A DNA stretch of 59,999 nucleotides from a virus (IMGVR_UViG_3300034158_000041:1-59999); one strand, 5' to 3'; positions 17,999-26,908 are shown, numbered from the stretch's first letter. Numbers and translations: made by a program. The notes: generated from the sequence alone by a model not told the origin.

Positions 17999-20900
17999 CT
18001 TATGGATAGCCCCCTGGATTGCATGGACTCGGCGCCGATCCTGAAGACCTGCTCGGCAATTTCCCTATGGTTCAAATGGATATGATTGTGCACTTCCTGG
18101 ATGGCCTGCCCCTTGGCACCGCCTGACGCGGTCAGATCTATGATGGTCCTGGAGATGTCGGAGGGCAGAACCAGTTCTGTGCCCCTTTCGCCCACGGTGA
18201 TTGCCCTGGGGCCTTGGTTGGCTAGGTAGCCTTTAGCCGCGAAGATGGGCGGTAATTGTACACCTGCCCCGGCATTGCTATATGAAGAGCTTTTCGATGA
18301 ACTGCCAGATCCTTGGTAACTGGATATGCCCCCATTCTCCTGGAAGGTCATGGGATTGATGTAGCTGGTATATCCTTGCGGATTGGTGTATTTCAGGCCA
18401 TTCACCAGGACTGTATCACCAAGGCAGGTCATATCATTGAAGTTGCCATTGACATCGGCGCCATTCATGTTTATTGCCTTGCCAGAACTTCCGCCTCCTC
18501 CAGATCCTCCAAATATGCTGCTGCCCATACCTGCCAGGGTTCCGGCAAACTGCCCGAGGGCCCCTACAATGCTGCCCACGCCCGTTGCCAGATCAGTGGC
18601 TGCCTTTGCGCCAGAAGTTGCTAATTGATCTGCAGATCCTGATATCTTGCCCGCGCTTGAGTTCCATTGGGAGGCAGCGTTGGTGGCGGTGCTCATGCCT
18701 ATGGAGCCCTGCTGGTTAGCGGTGTTTATTCCCACCGAAGCCTGCTGATTAGCGGCATTGATGCCTATGGCTGCCCCTTGGTTCATTCCGCCAATGATGG
18801 CCGTTCTGCCATCTATGCCACCCAATCGGACAGCCTGCCCGGCATCGGTGGTAAACTTGGCCCCTATCTCAGCACCTAGCCGGAGTGCCGTGGCTGCATA
18901 GCCGGAAGCCTGAACCTGGACGGCGGCATTGGCCTGAGCCGCTGCCTGAGACGAAGATGCTGCAGCTTGGGCGGCTGATGTGGTTGTATTGAAAAATCCA
19001 GTTGCTGCGCCGTCTACGCCGGTTTTGAAGTTTAGGGTGGTGGTGTTCATGCTGGTTTCAGTGCGGTTCAGAGCACCATTCAAACCAACGGCGAAAGCGC
19101 CAACGCTGTTACCTACGCCCTGAAGGGCAACCACATTGCTTTCTCGTGCGCTCACGACATTAATTTCAGACGAGGTTTTTGCACTTGTCGTGGTAATTGT
19201 GGCTGCTTCTTTCGCAGCACCTACCTTTCGGTTGGCGGCTTCAATTGCGGCTGTCTTGGTAGAATACGTCCCTTCCATATAGGCTTTTGTTATATCATCG
19301 TATATCCGGAATTCCTTGTCTCCGGTTTGGCTGATGCTGTACTTGGAGGTGTCGTAAGTCTTTGGTGTGTATCCAGAAGACCCCGTGCTACTGCCACCAG
19401 AATAGTAGCTGGAGGATTTTCCATTGGTCACTTGACCGGACCAATATTTTTTGATATCTTCTAACTGTTTGTCACCCATACCGATGTTGATTTCTTCCTC
19501 TTTTCCTCCGAATGTTGCCCACGATGGCAAGGTAAACGTAGTGCTGACCGAATGCAGGCCTTCAGCGAGTGCGACCACAATAGAACCGACAAATCCTTTG
19601 CAGAATTCGTTTGCTGCATCCAGCCCAAGAGTGGCCCAGGATACCCCCCCGCCCGGAGATAGAACGCTTTTTATTGCAGAGTTAAGTTCGTCCGCAATCC
19701 ACAATCCGATATCCAACGCGGTTTTTATGGCATCAGCAAGCAAGGTTCCAGCCGTTGCTCCTAACGCAGCGGGTGAGCCAGAATCTACCCACGTCTTGAT
19801 ACTAGACTGAATCCCCGTTGCATAATCATTGATAGTGTCAATTCCACTTCGGATAGCTTTGCCAATATCTTCGCCGATTGGACCCCATTTCACCGTTTCC
19901 TTGATGCCCTTAACAATGCTGGAAGCCCAGCCGGATATAGTGCCTATCCCGGACTTGATCTTTTCCGCCAGGCTGGAGCCTTCCGTTCCCCATGTATGCC
20001 CGGATATGAACTTGGCGATCTTGCCACCGATGTCTTTCAGTGTATCGATTCCGGTGTTAATGGCATTGCCTATGGTTTGGCCCACACCTTCCCATTTCAC
20101 ATTGGCTAGGTAATCCCACACCCGTTGACCGATATTAGAGAGAGTGCCGATAGCTCCGCTTATGGTCGTGGTTATCGTTGTAGCAACGGCATTCCAGTTG
20201 ATGTTTGCGAATGCATTGTAAAGCGTTGTGGCTATGCCGGTCCAGTAGTCCTTAAGAGTGTTCAGATATCCGACGATAACCGATACCAGGCCGGTCCAAT
20301 TAATCCCAGCGATAGCATTGTATAAAGTTGTGCCTATACTGATAAACGCACTCGCTGCCTTAGTGCCAACGCTATTCCAATTGATGCCTTGCAGATATCC
20401 GAGCAATTGACCGCCAAGGCTCTCCAGTTCCTTCCATACGCCCTTTATGCCGGTCACTATGTAGCTGCCTACTCCGGCCCAATTGACGCCCCTGAGCCAA
20501 CCATAGAGCTGGCTGCCCAGTCCCTTCAGTTTCTCCCATCCGGTCTTGATTGCAGACGATATCGCATCTCCAACTTTCTTCCAGTCTCCTGATGTGAGTG
20601 CTTTGTAGAAATTTCGAAGAGCCGGAGCTCCGGTGGAAGAAAACCAATCCAGTGCCGCCTTGATGGTAGGCGTAAGGTCTTGCCCTATGCCTATGGCTAA
20701 ATCTACGGCAGCGCCCTTGGCTGCATCAAAGGAGCCTTTCAGAGTATTGAGCATGAGCTTTGCCATGCGTTCGGCCGCGCCCGTCGAAGTGTCCAGTTTG
20801 GCCTCGAACCCGTCTATTTCTTTGGTGGCTCCCGCAAGACCATAAATCAGGCCGCCACGAACTCCAAAGATCTCAGTGAATGCCTTGAGTCCATCACCGG

Positions 20901-21816
20901 ACGCATCGGCTTTTTGTTTCAGGGTTGATAAAACATCGGCAAAATCATGCGTTCTTGGATCAACGTCTTTGAGGGCGACCCCGATTCCGGCCATTGCCTT
21001 GCTTGCGGTGCTGGTGGGCGCTACCAACGTATTCATTACATCGACTAACGCAGTCCCTGCCTTTTCGCCCTTTATGCCGCTGTTCGAAAATACTTCAAGT
21101 GCCGCAGTTGTTTCTTCTAAAGATACCCCGGCCGCTTTCGCAACTGGCCCAGCATAAGATAGGGCATATTGCAGATCTTCCATACCCAATGCGGAATCAC
21201 CGCATGCCTGGGTGAATACATCGGATATCGTTCCCAAATCGTTGATCGATAGGCCATACTGGTTCATGGTGGCCATTGCCATAGACGCAGAACTGGCGAG
21301 ATCATAATTGGTGGCGGTTGCCAGGGAAAGAATGGGAGTTAGATTTTTTGCGCTAGCTGTCGCTACGTCAAAACCACCGGCGGCCAACCCTGCCAGAGCA
21401 GCCGCTATCTGGGTGGGATCAAATGCATTGGTGTTGAGCTGACCAAGTTCCCTAGATACCGCTATTACATGCTCTTTAACACCGTCGAATGCGGAGGATA
21501 ATGAAGTTCCATTCTTCTGAGCAATAGCAGAAAGATCCATCTTGCTTGCGGCATCGGCGGCAGCACTCTCGATGTCCATATAGGACTTGACGCCAAGCGT
21601 TGCCACGCCTGCCAGAGCAACGCCCAGAGCGGCAACGCCAACCATGAGGGCTTTGCCCATAGCCGCCCCGGCACTTGCTGCTCGACCTTCCAGGCCGGAG
21701 GCGAAAGACGAAAATTTGCCATGCGCCGATGACATGCCGGAGTTCAGAGGTCCATCATCAAGCTTGATGGTTGCGTATGCACTGCCTACCTGTTCACCTG
21801 GAATAAGAATCACCAA
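17995..21816 (-). CDS. Tail tape measure protein (TP901-like core)
   Basis: 1273 aa, Ala/Gly-rich; DLQYALSYAGPVA..GVSLEET..GIKGEKAGTAL; Trp-spaced repeats. Confidence 0.93.
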   Translation of the reverse strand: MVILIPGEQVGSAYATIKLDDGPLNSGMSSAHGKFSSFASGLEGRAASAGAAMGKALMVGVAALGVALAGVATLGVKSYMDIESAAADAASKMDLSAIAQKNGTSLSSAFDGVKEHVIAVSRELGQLNTNAFDPTQIAAALAGLAAGGFDVATASAKNLTPILSLATATNYDLASSASMAMATMNQYGLSINDLGTISDVFTQACGDSALGMEDLQYALSYAGPVAKAAGVSLEETTAALEVFSNSGIKGEKAGTALVDVMNTLVAPTSTASKAMAGIGVALKDVDPRTHDFADVLSTLKQKADASGDGLKAFTEIFGVRGGLIYGLAGATKEIDGFEAKLDTSTGAAERMAKLMLNTLKGSFDAAKGAAVDLAIGIGQDLTPTIKAALDWFSSTGAPALRNFYKALTSGDWKKVGDAISSAIKTGWEKLKGLGSQLYGWLRGVNWAGVGSYIVTGIKGVWKELESLGGQLLGYLQGINWNSVGTKAASAFISIGTTLYNAIAGINWTGLVSVIVGYLNTLKDYWTGIATTLYNAFANINWNAVATTITTTISGAIGTLSNIGQRVWDYLANVKWEGVGQTIGNAINTGIDTLKDIGGKIAKFISGHTWGTEGSSLAEKIKSGIGTISGWASSIVKGIKETVKWGPIGEDIGKAIRSGIDTINDYATGIQSSIKTWVDSGSPAALGATAGTLLADAIKTALDIGLWIADELNSAIKSVLSPGGGVSWATLGLDAANEFCKGFVGSIVVALAEGLHSVSTTFTLPSWATFGGKEEEINIGMGDKQLEDIKKYWSGQVTNGKSSSYYSGGSSTGSSGYTPKTYDTSKYSISQTGDKEFRIYDDITKAYMEGTYSTKTAAIEAANRKVGAAKEAATITTTSAKTSSEINVVSARESNVVALQGVGNSVGAFAVGLNGALNRTETSMNTTTLNFKTGVDGAATGFFNTTTSAAQAAASSSQAAAQANAAVQVQASGYAATALRLGAEIGAKFTTDAGQAVRLGGIDGRTAIIGGMNQGAAIGINAANQQASVGINTANQQGSIGMSTATNAASQWNSSAGKISGSADQLATSGAKAATDLATGVGSIVGALGQFAGTLAGMGSSIFGGSGGGGSSGKAINMNGADVNGNFNDMTCLGDTVLVNGLKYTNPQGYTSYINPMTFQENGGISSYQGSGSSSKSSSYSNAGAGVQLPPIFAAKGYLANQGPRAITVGERGTELVLPSDISRTIIDLTASGGAKGQAIQEVHNHIHLNHREIAEQVFRIGAESMQSRGLSIR

Positions 21817-21843
21817 TCCTAAATTATTATATCAAAAAAATAA

Positions 21844-22242
21844 TCAGGGAATCCGCAAACCTATTGCGGCCCCTTGTCTTTTCAGTTCTTTCTTTTCATC
21901 CGGGCTTATTTCTTCTGGATAGAATTTTGAGAAGCTCGGAAACTTGTTTTTCTCACTCAGAAGAGAAGCCACAGCAGATCGAATCAGAACCACGGTAGCA
22001 TAATCCTCGGATGCCTTGCGTTTCTGTGCCCGGTTCCAAGCCAGAACTTTGCAGTTAATTTCGCCCGGAGTAAGTTCTAAAAATTCATGCGGAGATAACC
22101 CTAGATCTCCTATACAGAACTCTGCGGCTCTGTCCCAGTCCCATGCAGTTTTATTCTGGCATCGATTAGTTCTATCAGGGTCTTCTCCTTCTCCGCTTTC
22201 TCCTTCTTCTGGTCCTCTTCCATCTTCTCCTTGAGCTTTTTT
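21844..22242 (-). CDS. Tail assembly chaperone GT extension via programmed -1 frameshift (not in track)
   Basis: Slippery A AAA AAG at 22236-22242; -1 frame open to TGA 21844 and encodes LGLSPHEFLELTPGE. Confidence 0.8.
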   Translation of the reverse strand, partial: KKAQGEDGRGPEEGESGEGEDPDRTNRCQNKTAWDWDRAAEFCIGDLGLSPHEFLELTPGEINCKVLAWNRAQKRKASEDYATVVLIRSAVASLLSEKNKFPSFSKFYPEEISPDEKKELKRQGAAIGLRIP

Positions 22243-22601
22243 CCGTCCGCACCTCGCGCGGCAGATACGGCCAAAGATAGGATCTCACAAAGAGCTTCGT
22301 GCTTTTCGCCGGTGTCGAGCTCGCCCTCTTCCAGGAACTGATCTCGGAGTTCTATCGCTTCCTCAAACTTCATGCCCCGGTGTTCGGGCATTCCGCCTTG
22401 AATGCCCTTCCAGAGAAGATAAGCCTGGGTTTCGGGATCGCCCAGATTTTGGAGTAGGTTTTCCAGACCGAACTTCTGATTATCAACTCTTCCAAAGAGT
22501 TCCTTGCCAACTGTCTTGGAAATGCTGATCTGTACCAGGCCAGGATATCTTAATCTGTATTCTGTGCCATTGATTGTTATAGGCTCAAATATGTCGCTCA
22601 T
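22110..22601 (-). CDS. Tail assembly chaperone (gpG-like)
   Basis: ITINGTEYRLRY; located before the tape measure; contains the slippery site. Confidence 0.8.
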   Translation of the reverse strand: MSDIFEPITINGTEYRLRYPGLVQISISKTVGKELFGRVDNQKFGLENLLQNLGDPETQAYLLWKGIQGGMPEHRGMKFEEAIELRDQFLEEGELDTGEKHEALCEILSLAVSAARGADGKKLKEKMEEDQKKEKAEKEKTLIELIDARIKLHGTGTEPQSSV

Positions 22602-22624
22602 GTCTATTTCTCCCTGTGATAAGT

Positions 22625-22873
22625 TCATCTGTTTAAAATTTTCAAGCTATGAATAGGATAATATTCGGTCGTTTCTTTTACGTGATCCGCGTCCGGATAG
22701 GCAACGATTGGCCGATCACCCACTAGGATCAAACGATCAACTTTCAAGATAGGAAATTCGTTTCCAAATCCCCATTCGATTGAGAACCCACGAACTCCTT
22801 TCTGGAAATCGTCGCCTATATAAAGGTGAGACTTCCAAGGCCCGGGTTCATTGATGATAGTTATTTCTGCCAT
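22625..22873 (-). CDS. Hypothetical protein
   Basis: GGGGGA SD; within the tail operon. Confidence 0.55.
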   Translation of the reverse strand: MAEITIINEPGPWKSHLYIGDDFQKGVRGFSIEWGFGNEFPILKVDRLILVGDRPIVAYPDADHVKETTEYYPIHSLKILNR

Positions 22874-23006
22874 ATTTCCCCCTGTTCTAAGTACCTATTT
22901 TGAATTAAAGTCGCTTAAAATCGATTACACGAATTATAAAAGTAACAAGAAAATAAATAGCAGGGAGACCCTCGGGTCTTGGTAGACCGTCATTGGGGCT
23001 CTCTGT

Positions 23007-24002
23007 TCACACTTCGTGATACAATAGCGGCCCTATGCCTTGGAGCTGCAGGTCAGACTCATACAGCCCTTCCAGCTTCATGTCCATTGGCAAGCCTGTC
23101 AGGTGGCACAAGCCAGAGACCATCTTCAAGGATCCCGTGGTGATATCCAGGTATGCCCTCACCAGGATCATGGTTCCAATCTTGTCGAAATCGGCATCCT
23201 GGTCTCGGCCTCCGGTCATCATCACAGCCGATTTGGCGTTCACAATCGCGGCCCCTGTCTTGCCCGCCGGATAGTCAACACTCACCAGAGCATTGAGCAC
23301 AGAGTCAGCTTCCACATGAGCCTTGATTGCGGCTGCCGTGCTGGTTGGGTTGGCCCCGGTGGTTCCCACGGTCACTGTATATTTGTGGGTTCCTGCATTG
23401 TACGCAACTTGCAAAGTTGCGTCATTTCCTACAATGTACTCCACCGATCGCAGGTTTCCTGGACTGCCCCAGCTCTTCTCGGCCCATATGAGGTCAGAAT
23501 TGTCGAGCGTGCAATCCAGCAACGCCCATGCCCGGCCATAGAAGAAATGCCTCTGTGCAGTTCCATCCCATGTGAGAAGGGTCTTGATGTAGGATCGCCA
23601 GATCACAGGATCATTGAGGGCAGTCGCAAAGACGGTTACGTCCTTGGTATCGGCTTTGCTATCAAAGTTGAACCCATAGACTCCGCCCAGGGCCTGTGGA
23701 GTATGCCAATAGACATCACAGGTCACATTGCCCGATGTATAAGTTCCTGGCTTGAACTCCACGAACCCGGCCGCATGATAGACCTGCAGGATGTCAGCCG
23801 CGGGCACTGGTGTGGCCCCGATATAGAAGGTTGTGGCCTGGTATGGATCCCAGAATGAATGATCTGTGGGCGATGCTCTGGCAGTGATATAGAACTGTTG
23901 AGTGCTTCCCAACCTAGTCATCGCTTCACCGGTCGCAGCCGTTGAGGTGCCGGTGGTCGAAAAAAGGGAGGCGACTTGGCCGCTCCTCGGCTCTCCGGTC
24001 AT
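23007..24002 (-). CDS. Tail tube protein paralogue with inserted domains
   Basis: GGVYGFNFDSKADTKDVT..WRSYIKTL aligns with the 24015-24467 protein. Confidence 0.65.
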   Translation of the reverse strand: MTGEPRSGQVASLFSTTGTSTAATGEAMTRLGSTQQFYITARASPTDHSFWDPYQATTFYIGATPVPAADILQVYHAAGFVEFKPGTYTSGNVTCDVYWHTPQALGGVYGFNFDSKADTKDVTVFATALNDPVIWRSYIKTLLTWDGTAQRHFFYGRAWALLDCTLDNSDLIWAEKSWGSPGNLRSVEYIVGNDATLQVAYNAGTHKYTVTVGTTGANPTSTAAAIKAHVEADSVLNALVSVDYPAGKTGAAIVNAKSAVMMTGGRDQDADFDKIGTMILVRAYLDITTGSLKMVSGLCHLTGLPMDMKLEGLYESDLQLQGIGPLLYHEV

Positions 24003-24014
24003 CTATGACCCCCC

Positions 24015-24467
24015 TTAGCTGTACCCGCCGAGCTGCAGGCCGTCAACATCCTGGATCTGCACGTTCACGCTCATGCCTTCGCCTTGAACCCCGTCCAGCT
24101 TTGCCCCGACCGGGAAGGAAGTTGCAATGCAATCTGCATACAGGTAATGGGTCGTGTCCTGGTAGAATCGGATCTCAGCAACCGCGTTTGCTGTGGTGAA
24201 CAAAGTCCACAGAGCTTTCTGCCCGGGATCATCCAGCGCCAGATACTTGAATGAGATCGTGCCCGATGCATCTCGCAGGGTGGCTATGTAGGACTTCCAG
24301 GTCACAACTCCGGCTGCTGTTATTGCCGCGCAAGTTGTTTCTTTGCTGTCCACCTTGTTATCGAAATTCCATCCATCCACACCAGAGATGAAGGTCTCAG
24401 ATCCTGATAAGGGAGTGATCGAAACCTTTAGAGTTTGGCCGCTAATTGGGCCTGTTATGTCTGCCAT
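24015..24467 (-). CDS. Major tail tube protein
   Basis: ISGVDGWNFD..DSKETT..WKSYIATLRDASGTISF..DPGQ. Confidence 0.8.
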   Translation of the reverse strand: MADITGPISGQTLKVSITPLSGSETFISGVDGWNFDNKVDSKETTCAAITAAGVVTWKSYIATLRDASGTISFKYLALDDPGQKALWTLFTTANAVAEIRFYQDTTHYLYADCIATSFPVGAKLDGVQGEGMSVNVQIQDVDGLQLGGYS

Positions 24468-24533
24468 TTAAATACCTCACATATTGCAATATGTTCGCAT
24501 CTCCGGCATCGTCGCGACAATGCCATCACAGAA

Positions 24534-24548
24534 GATAAAGATAAATAG
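24534..24548 (+). promoter_or_regulatory. Putative BRE-TATA for the tRNA-like RNA pair
   Basis: GATAAAG-ATAAATAG about 22 nt before G24570. Confidence 0.5.
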
Positions 24549-24569
24549 AAGAAACGCCTATAATTTCAT

Positions 24570-24652
24570 GCTCTGATAGTGTAGTCCGTTCTAACACATC
24601 ATGAGGCGAAAGCCGTGGAGTGATAACATGGGTTAAAATCCCATTCAGAGAC
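24570..24652 (+). ncRNA. tRNA-like RNA with a kink-turn/GAAA hairpin in place of the anticodon loop
   Basis: Acceptor CTCTGA/TCAGAG, D stem GTGT/ACAC, T arm ATGGG-TTAAAAT-CCCAT; central ATCAT-GA-GGC-GAAA-GCC-GTG-GA-GTGAT. Confidence 0.75.
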
Positions 24653-24695
24653 ATGCCGCCAATTTCCTGAAGTACAAGGGAGAAAGGGCGGCAAA

Positions 24696-24822
24696 GAGAA
24701 TCGTAGTCGAATTGGTAAGACACCGGCCCGTCTGGGGCCGAGCCCGTAAACGGCAAAAGCCGGAGTATCCGAAAGGACTCTACGGTAGCTGTGTAGTGAT
24801 GGTTCGAGTCCATCCGATTCTC
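24696..24822 (+). ncRNA. tRNA-like RNA with an 8-bp acceptor and a giant branched extra arm
   Basis: GAGAATCG/CGATTCTC; TA-GTC-GAATTGGTAA-GAC D arm; GATGG-TTCGAGT-CCATC T arm; ~75-nt folded insert. Confidence 0.75.
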
Positions 24823-24862
24823 ATAAGAAATCGTTAAATATCAGAAGATTCTATAAGATATC

Positions 24863-25039
24863 ATGAAAAAGAATCTAATTTCGAAGCTTTTCGAAGCTTT
24901 CAAGTCTGGAGAGATCCTGAAAGATGGAGCAGAGTTCTATAAGATAACTGAATTCAATATAACACTGCATCCCGATTTTGTCCAGCAAAGACAGATTGTC
25001 GTAGCAATTGCGCAGACCAATGAGACGGGGGAGCTATGA
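24863..25039 (+). CDS. Small hypothetical protein (58 aa, not in track)
   Basis: TTAAATA box upstream; ATGA overlap with the next gene. Confidence 0.5.
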   Translation: MKKNLISKLFEAFKSGEILKDGAEFYKITEFNITLHPDFVQQRQIVVAIAQTNETGEL

Positions 25040-25521
25040 AAACCATCGACCTAACAGATCGAGATGTAAAAATCGAAATATCGCAAGACAGCGTGTCATT
25101 CAGTTCATGGAACAACACATACAAACCAGACCCCGCCTGGTGCTTACAGGATAGCGCCGGCCATATCCATAGATGGGACTTAGCAGCCAAGAAAGTGCAC
25201 ACCATCAAGACCGTTGTAGATGAGGTCTTCGAGCACTGGGATGACGGGGACTATTGGACCACCGAAGAGACCCACCAGGAGTGCGTCCGATGTGGTGAGC
25301 GCATCGAGCCGGGATATTTGGTTGATGTTCCCGCGGGGCAGATTGTGCTGGTTCCAACCTTAAAACGCTTATCGGGAAGCTATGCACTTGGAGAGAATGA
25401 TATATTCCCGGAAATGGGAGAACGGTATGCGTTCATAATTTACGGGGAAACATATGAAGCATACATAACCGAAATGTCGGCGTGCGCTCATGGGCCGATT
25501 ATGATATCTTTTGGAGCATGA
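25036..25521 (+). CDS. Hypothetical protein with a possible zinc site
   Basis: GHIHRW and CVRC; GGGGGAG SD. Confidence 0.6.
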   Translation: MKTIDLTDRDVKIEISQDSVSFSSWNNTYKPDPAWCLQDSAGHIHRWDLAAKKVHTIKTVVDEVFEHWDDGDYWTTEETHQECVRCGERIEPGYLVDVPAGQIVLVPTLKRLSGSYALGENDIFPEMGERYAFIIYGETYEAYITEMSACAHGPIMISFGA

Positions 25522-25625
25522 GTTATGAATTTCAGAGATGCTAAACTGACAAGAGATCTTGATAAGCTGGAAAGCCTGATTCGCAACCTATCAAAAGAGG
25601 AATGGAAAGAACTCTGCGATCGGTT

Positions 25626-25970
25626 CTAGCCAACGTGTTTTTTGATGTATTTGGGAAGCTTACTTATATTCGATTGTACCGTATCTCCGATAAAACCAGC
25701 GTGCCCCGTTGTATGATGCAACGATCGATCCATTTCCTGTTTGAATATATACGCCTTCGCTGCTCCTCCGCCCCCCACATAAATACACCGGTTTTTATCA
25801 TCCCTCTCATATCCCAGAGAGTTCCGCATAGTTCCGCCATTTACCGGAGCGACCGGGCAATTGATCTTTGCTTGGGGAAGCCAGACAACAAGGGCGAACT
25901 CTTCCAGGCCATCCATTCCAGCCTTGATGACCCGGTTCTTAAACGGCCCATCGTTCCAGGTAACACTCAT
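25626..25970 (-). CDS. HK97 gp10-like tail completion protein
   Basis: AKINCPV..GGTMRNS..AYIFKQE..H..GHAGFI. Confidence 0.7.
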   Translation of the reverse strand: MSVTWNDGPFKNRVIKAGMDGLEEFALVVWLPQAKINCPVAPVNGGTMRNSLGYERDDKNRCIYVGGGGAAKAYIFKQEMDRSLHHTTGHAGFIGDTVQSNISKLPKYIKKHVG

Positions 25971-26908
25971 GGCAATATCTCACCAGGGCGCGTCGGACCG
26001 CTGCCTTTTATCGTCAGCTCTGCCAATTCATCGGTTACTCTACTCTTTAGAGAAACGCCTTTCTTGGATTCTTTCGGCTCTTTGGCAACCTTCGATTCTT
26101 CTTTTCTCTCTGCAACCTTTGGCATGTATGGTTTGGACGACTTCGCAACTACGATATTTGTGCATCTGCATCGGTTATGCAATGGCGGGCCTCTGCCATC
26201 TCCTGGAAAGTTGCCGCCAATCGCGGCTCTTTTGCCTTGCATACCGCCACATTTCGAGCATCGGTGGTCGTCTGCTGCTGTTAGCCATTCCTGCTCATAT
26301 TCATCCTTGCTTATGATGCCCCGCTCTACCGCGTTTTCGTTTACCTGTCTGCTGCCTTCGTTGGTCGCGGTGTGGCTTTCGGTGAGCCCGATGTTGTCAG
26401 CTCTCAACTTAATATAGAACTTAATTCTTTTTGCAACTAATCGTTCCACTGATATCTGATCCATACCAGAATCTAAGAGCGCCTTTCGATAATTCTCCGC
26501 TGCCTTGGCGTGTTGTGGCAAAATTCCTATATGTTGCCTAATAAGTTTGCTTTGCTCTTGCGGAGATAAGCCTTCTTCCAGTCCTCTTCTTGTTATATCC
26601 CGGATGGTTGCCTTGGTGGTATCGTTTATAAGTGTGATCTGATTGGCCCCATATTCCTTAATCCAGGCGATTGCTTCAGGCGATGTGATATCGAACTTGA
26701 TTCCAGTTCCAAGGATCTTTCCAAGCTCTCCTAATTGAGCTTCGCCTCCTTCATAAAACGCAGATTCTATGAGCGGTGTAGGATCAAATCTTATGATCTT
26801 GGTATTGGCACGCCCGGTTTTGGCTACTTCATCAGCCCACGATTGGAACTCATCTGAGATGTTTTTGGCCCACTTGTCTCCAATCGTCTGGATGGGAGTT
26901 TCTATCAT
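25967..26908 (-). CDS. MuF / SPP1 gp7-like minor head protein
   Basis: RADNIGLTE; EWLTAADDHRCSKC; PPLHNRCRC. Confidence 0.85.
   Translation of the reverse strand: MIETPIQTIGDKWAKNISDEFQSWADEVAKTGRANTKIIRFDPTPLIESAFYEGGEAQLGELGKILGTGIKFDITSPEAIAWIKEYGANQITLINDTTKATIRDITRRGLEEGLSPQEQSKLIRQHIGILPQHAKAAENYRKALLDSGMDQISVERLVAKRIKFYIKLRADNIGLTESHTATNEGSRQVNENAVERGIISKDEYEQEWLTAADDHRCSKCGGMQGKRAAIGGNFPGDGRGPPLHNRCRCTNIVVAKSSKPYMPKVAERKEESKVAKEPKESKKGVSLKSRVTDELAELTIKGSGPTRPGEILP

Noticed and set aside
23040-23858. Long antisense ORFs (also 1351-1944, 10788-11417, 25602-26417, 34772-35431)
   Set aside because: Shadow frames opposite well-supported genes, with no motifs or translation signals
24740-24790. 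Hammerhead ribozyme in the branched arm (three-way junction with GAAA)
   Set aside because: No CUGANGA core; GAAA is a terminal tetraloop
24570-24822. Ordinary intron-containing archaeal tRNA genes
   Set aside because: I could not draw a canonical bulge-helix-bulge whose removal restores a 7-nt loop with U33 and purine 37; not fully excluded without computation
24878-24900. Tandem TTTCGAAGCT repeat
   Set aside because: Two copies inside a short ORF with the frame preserved; no evidence of function
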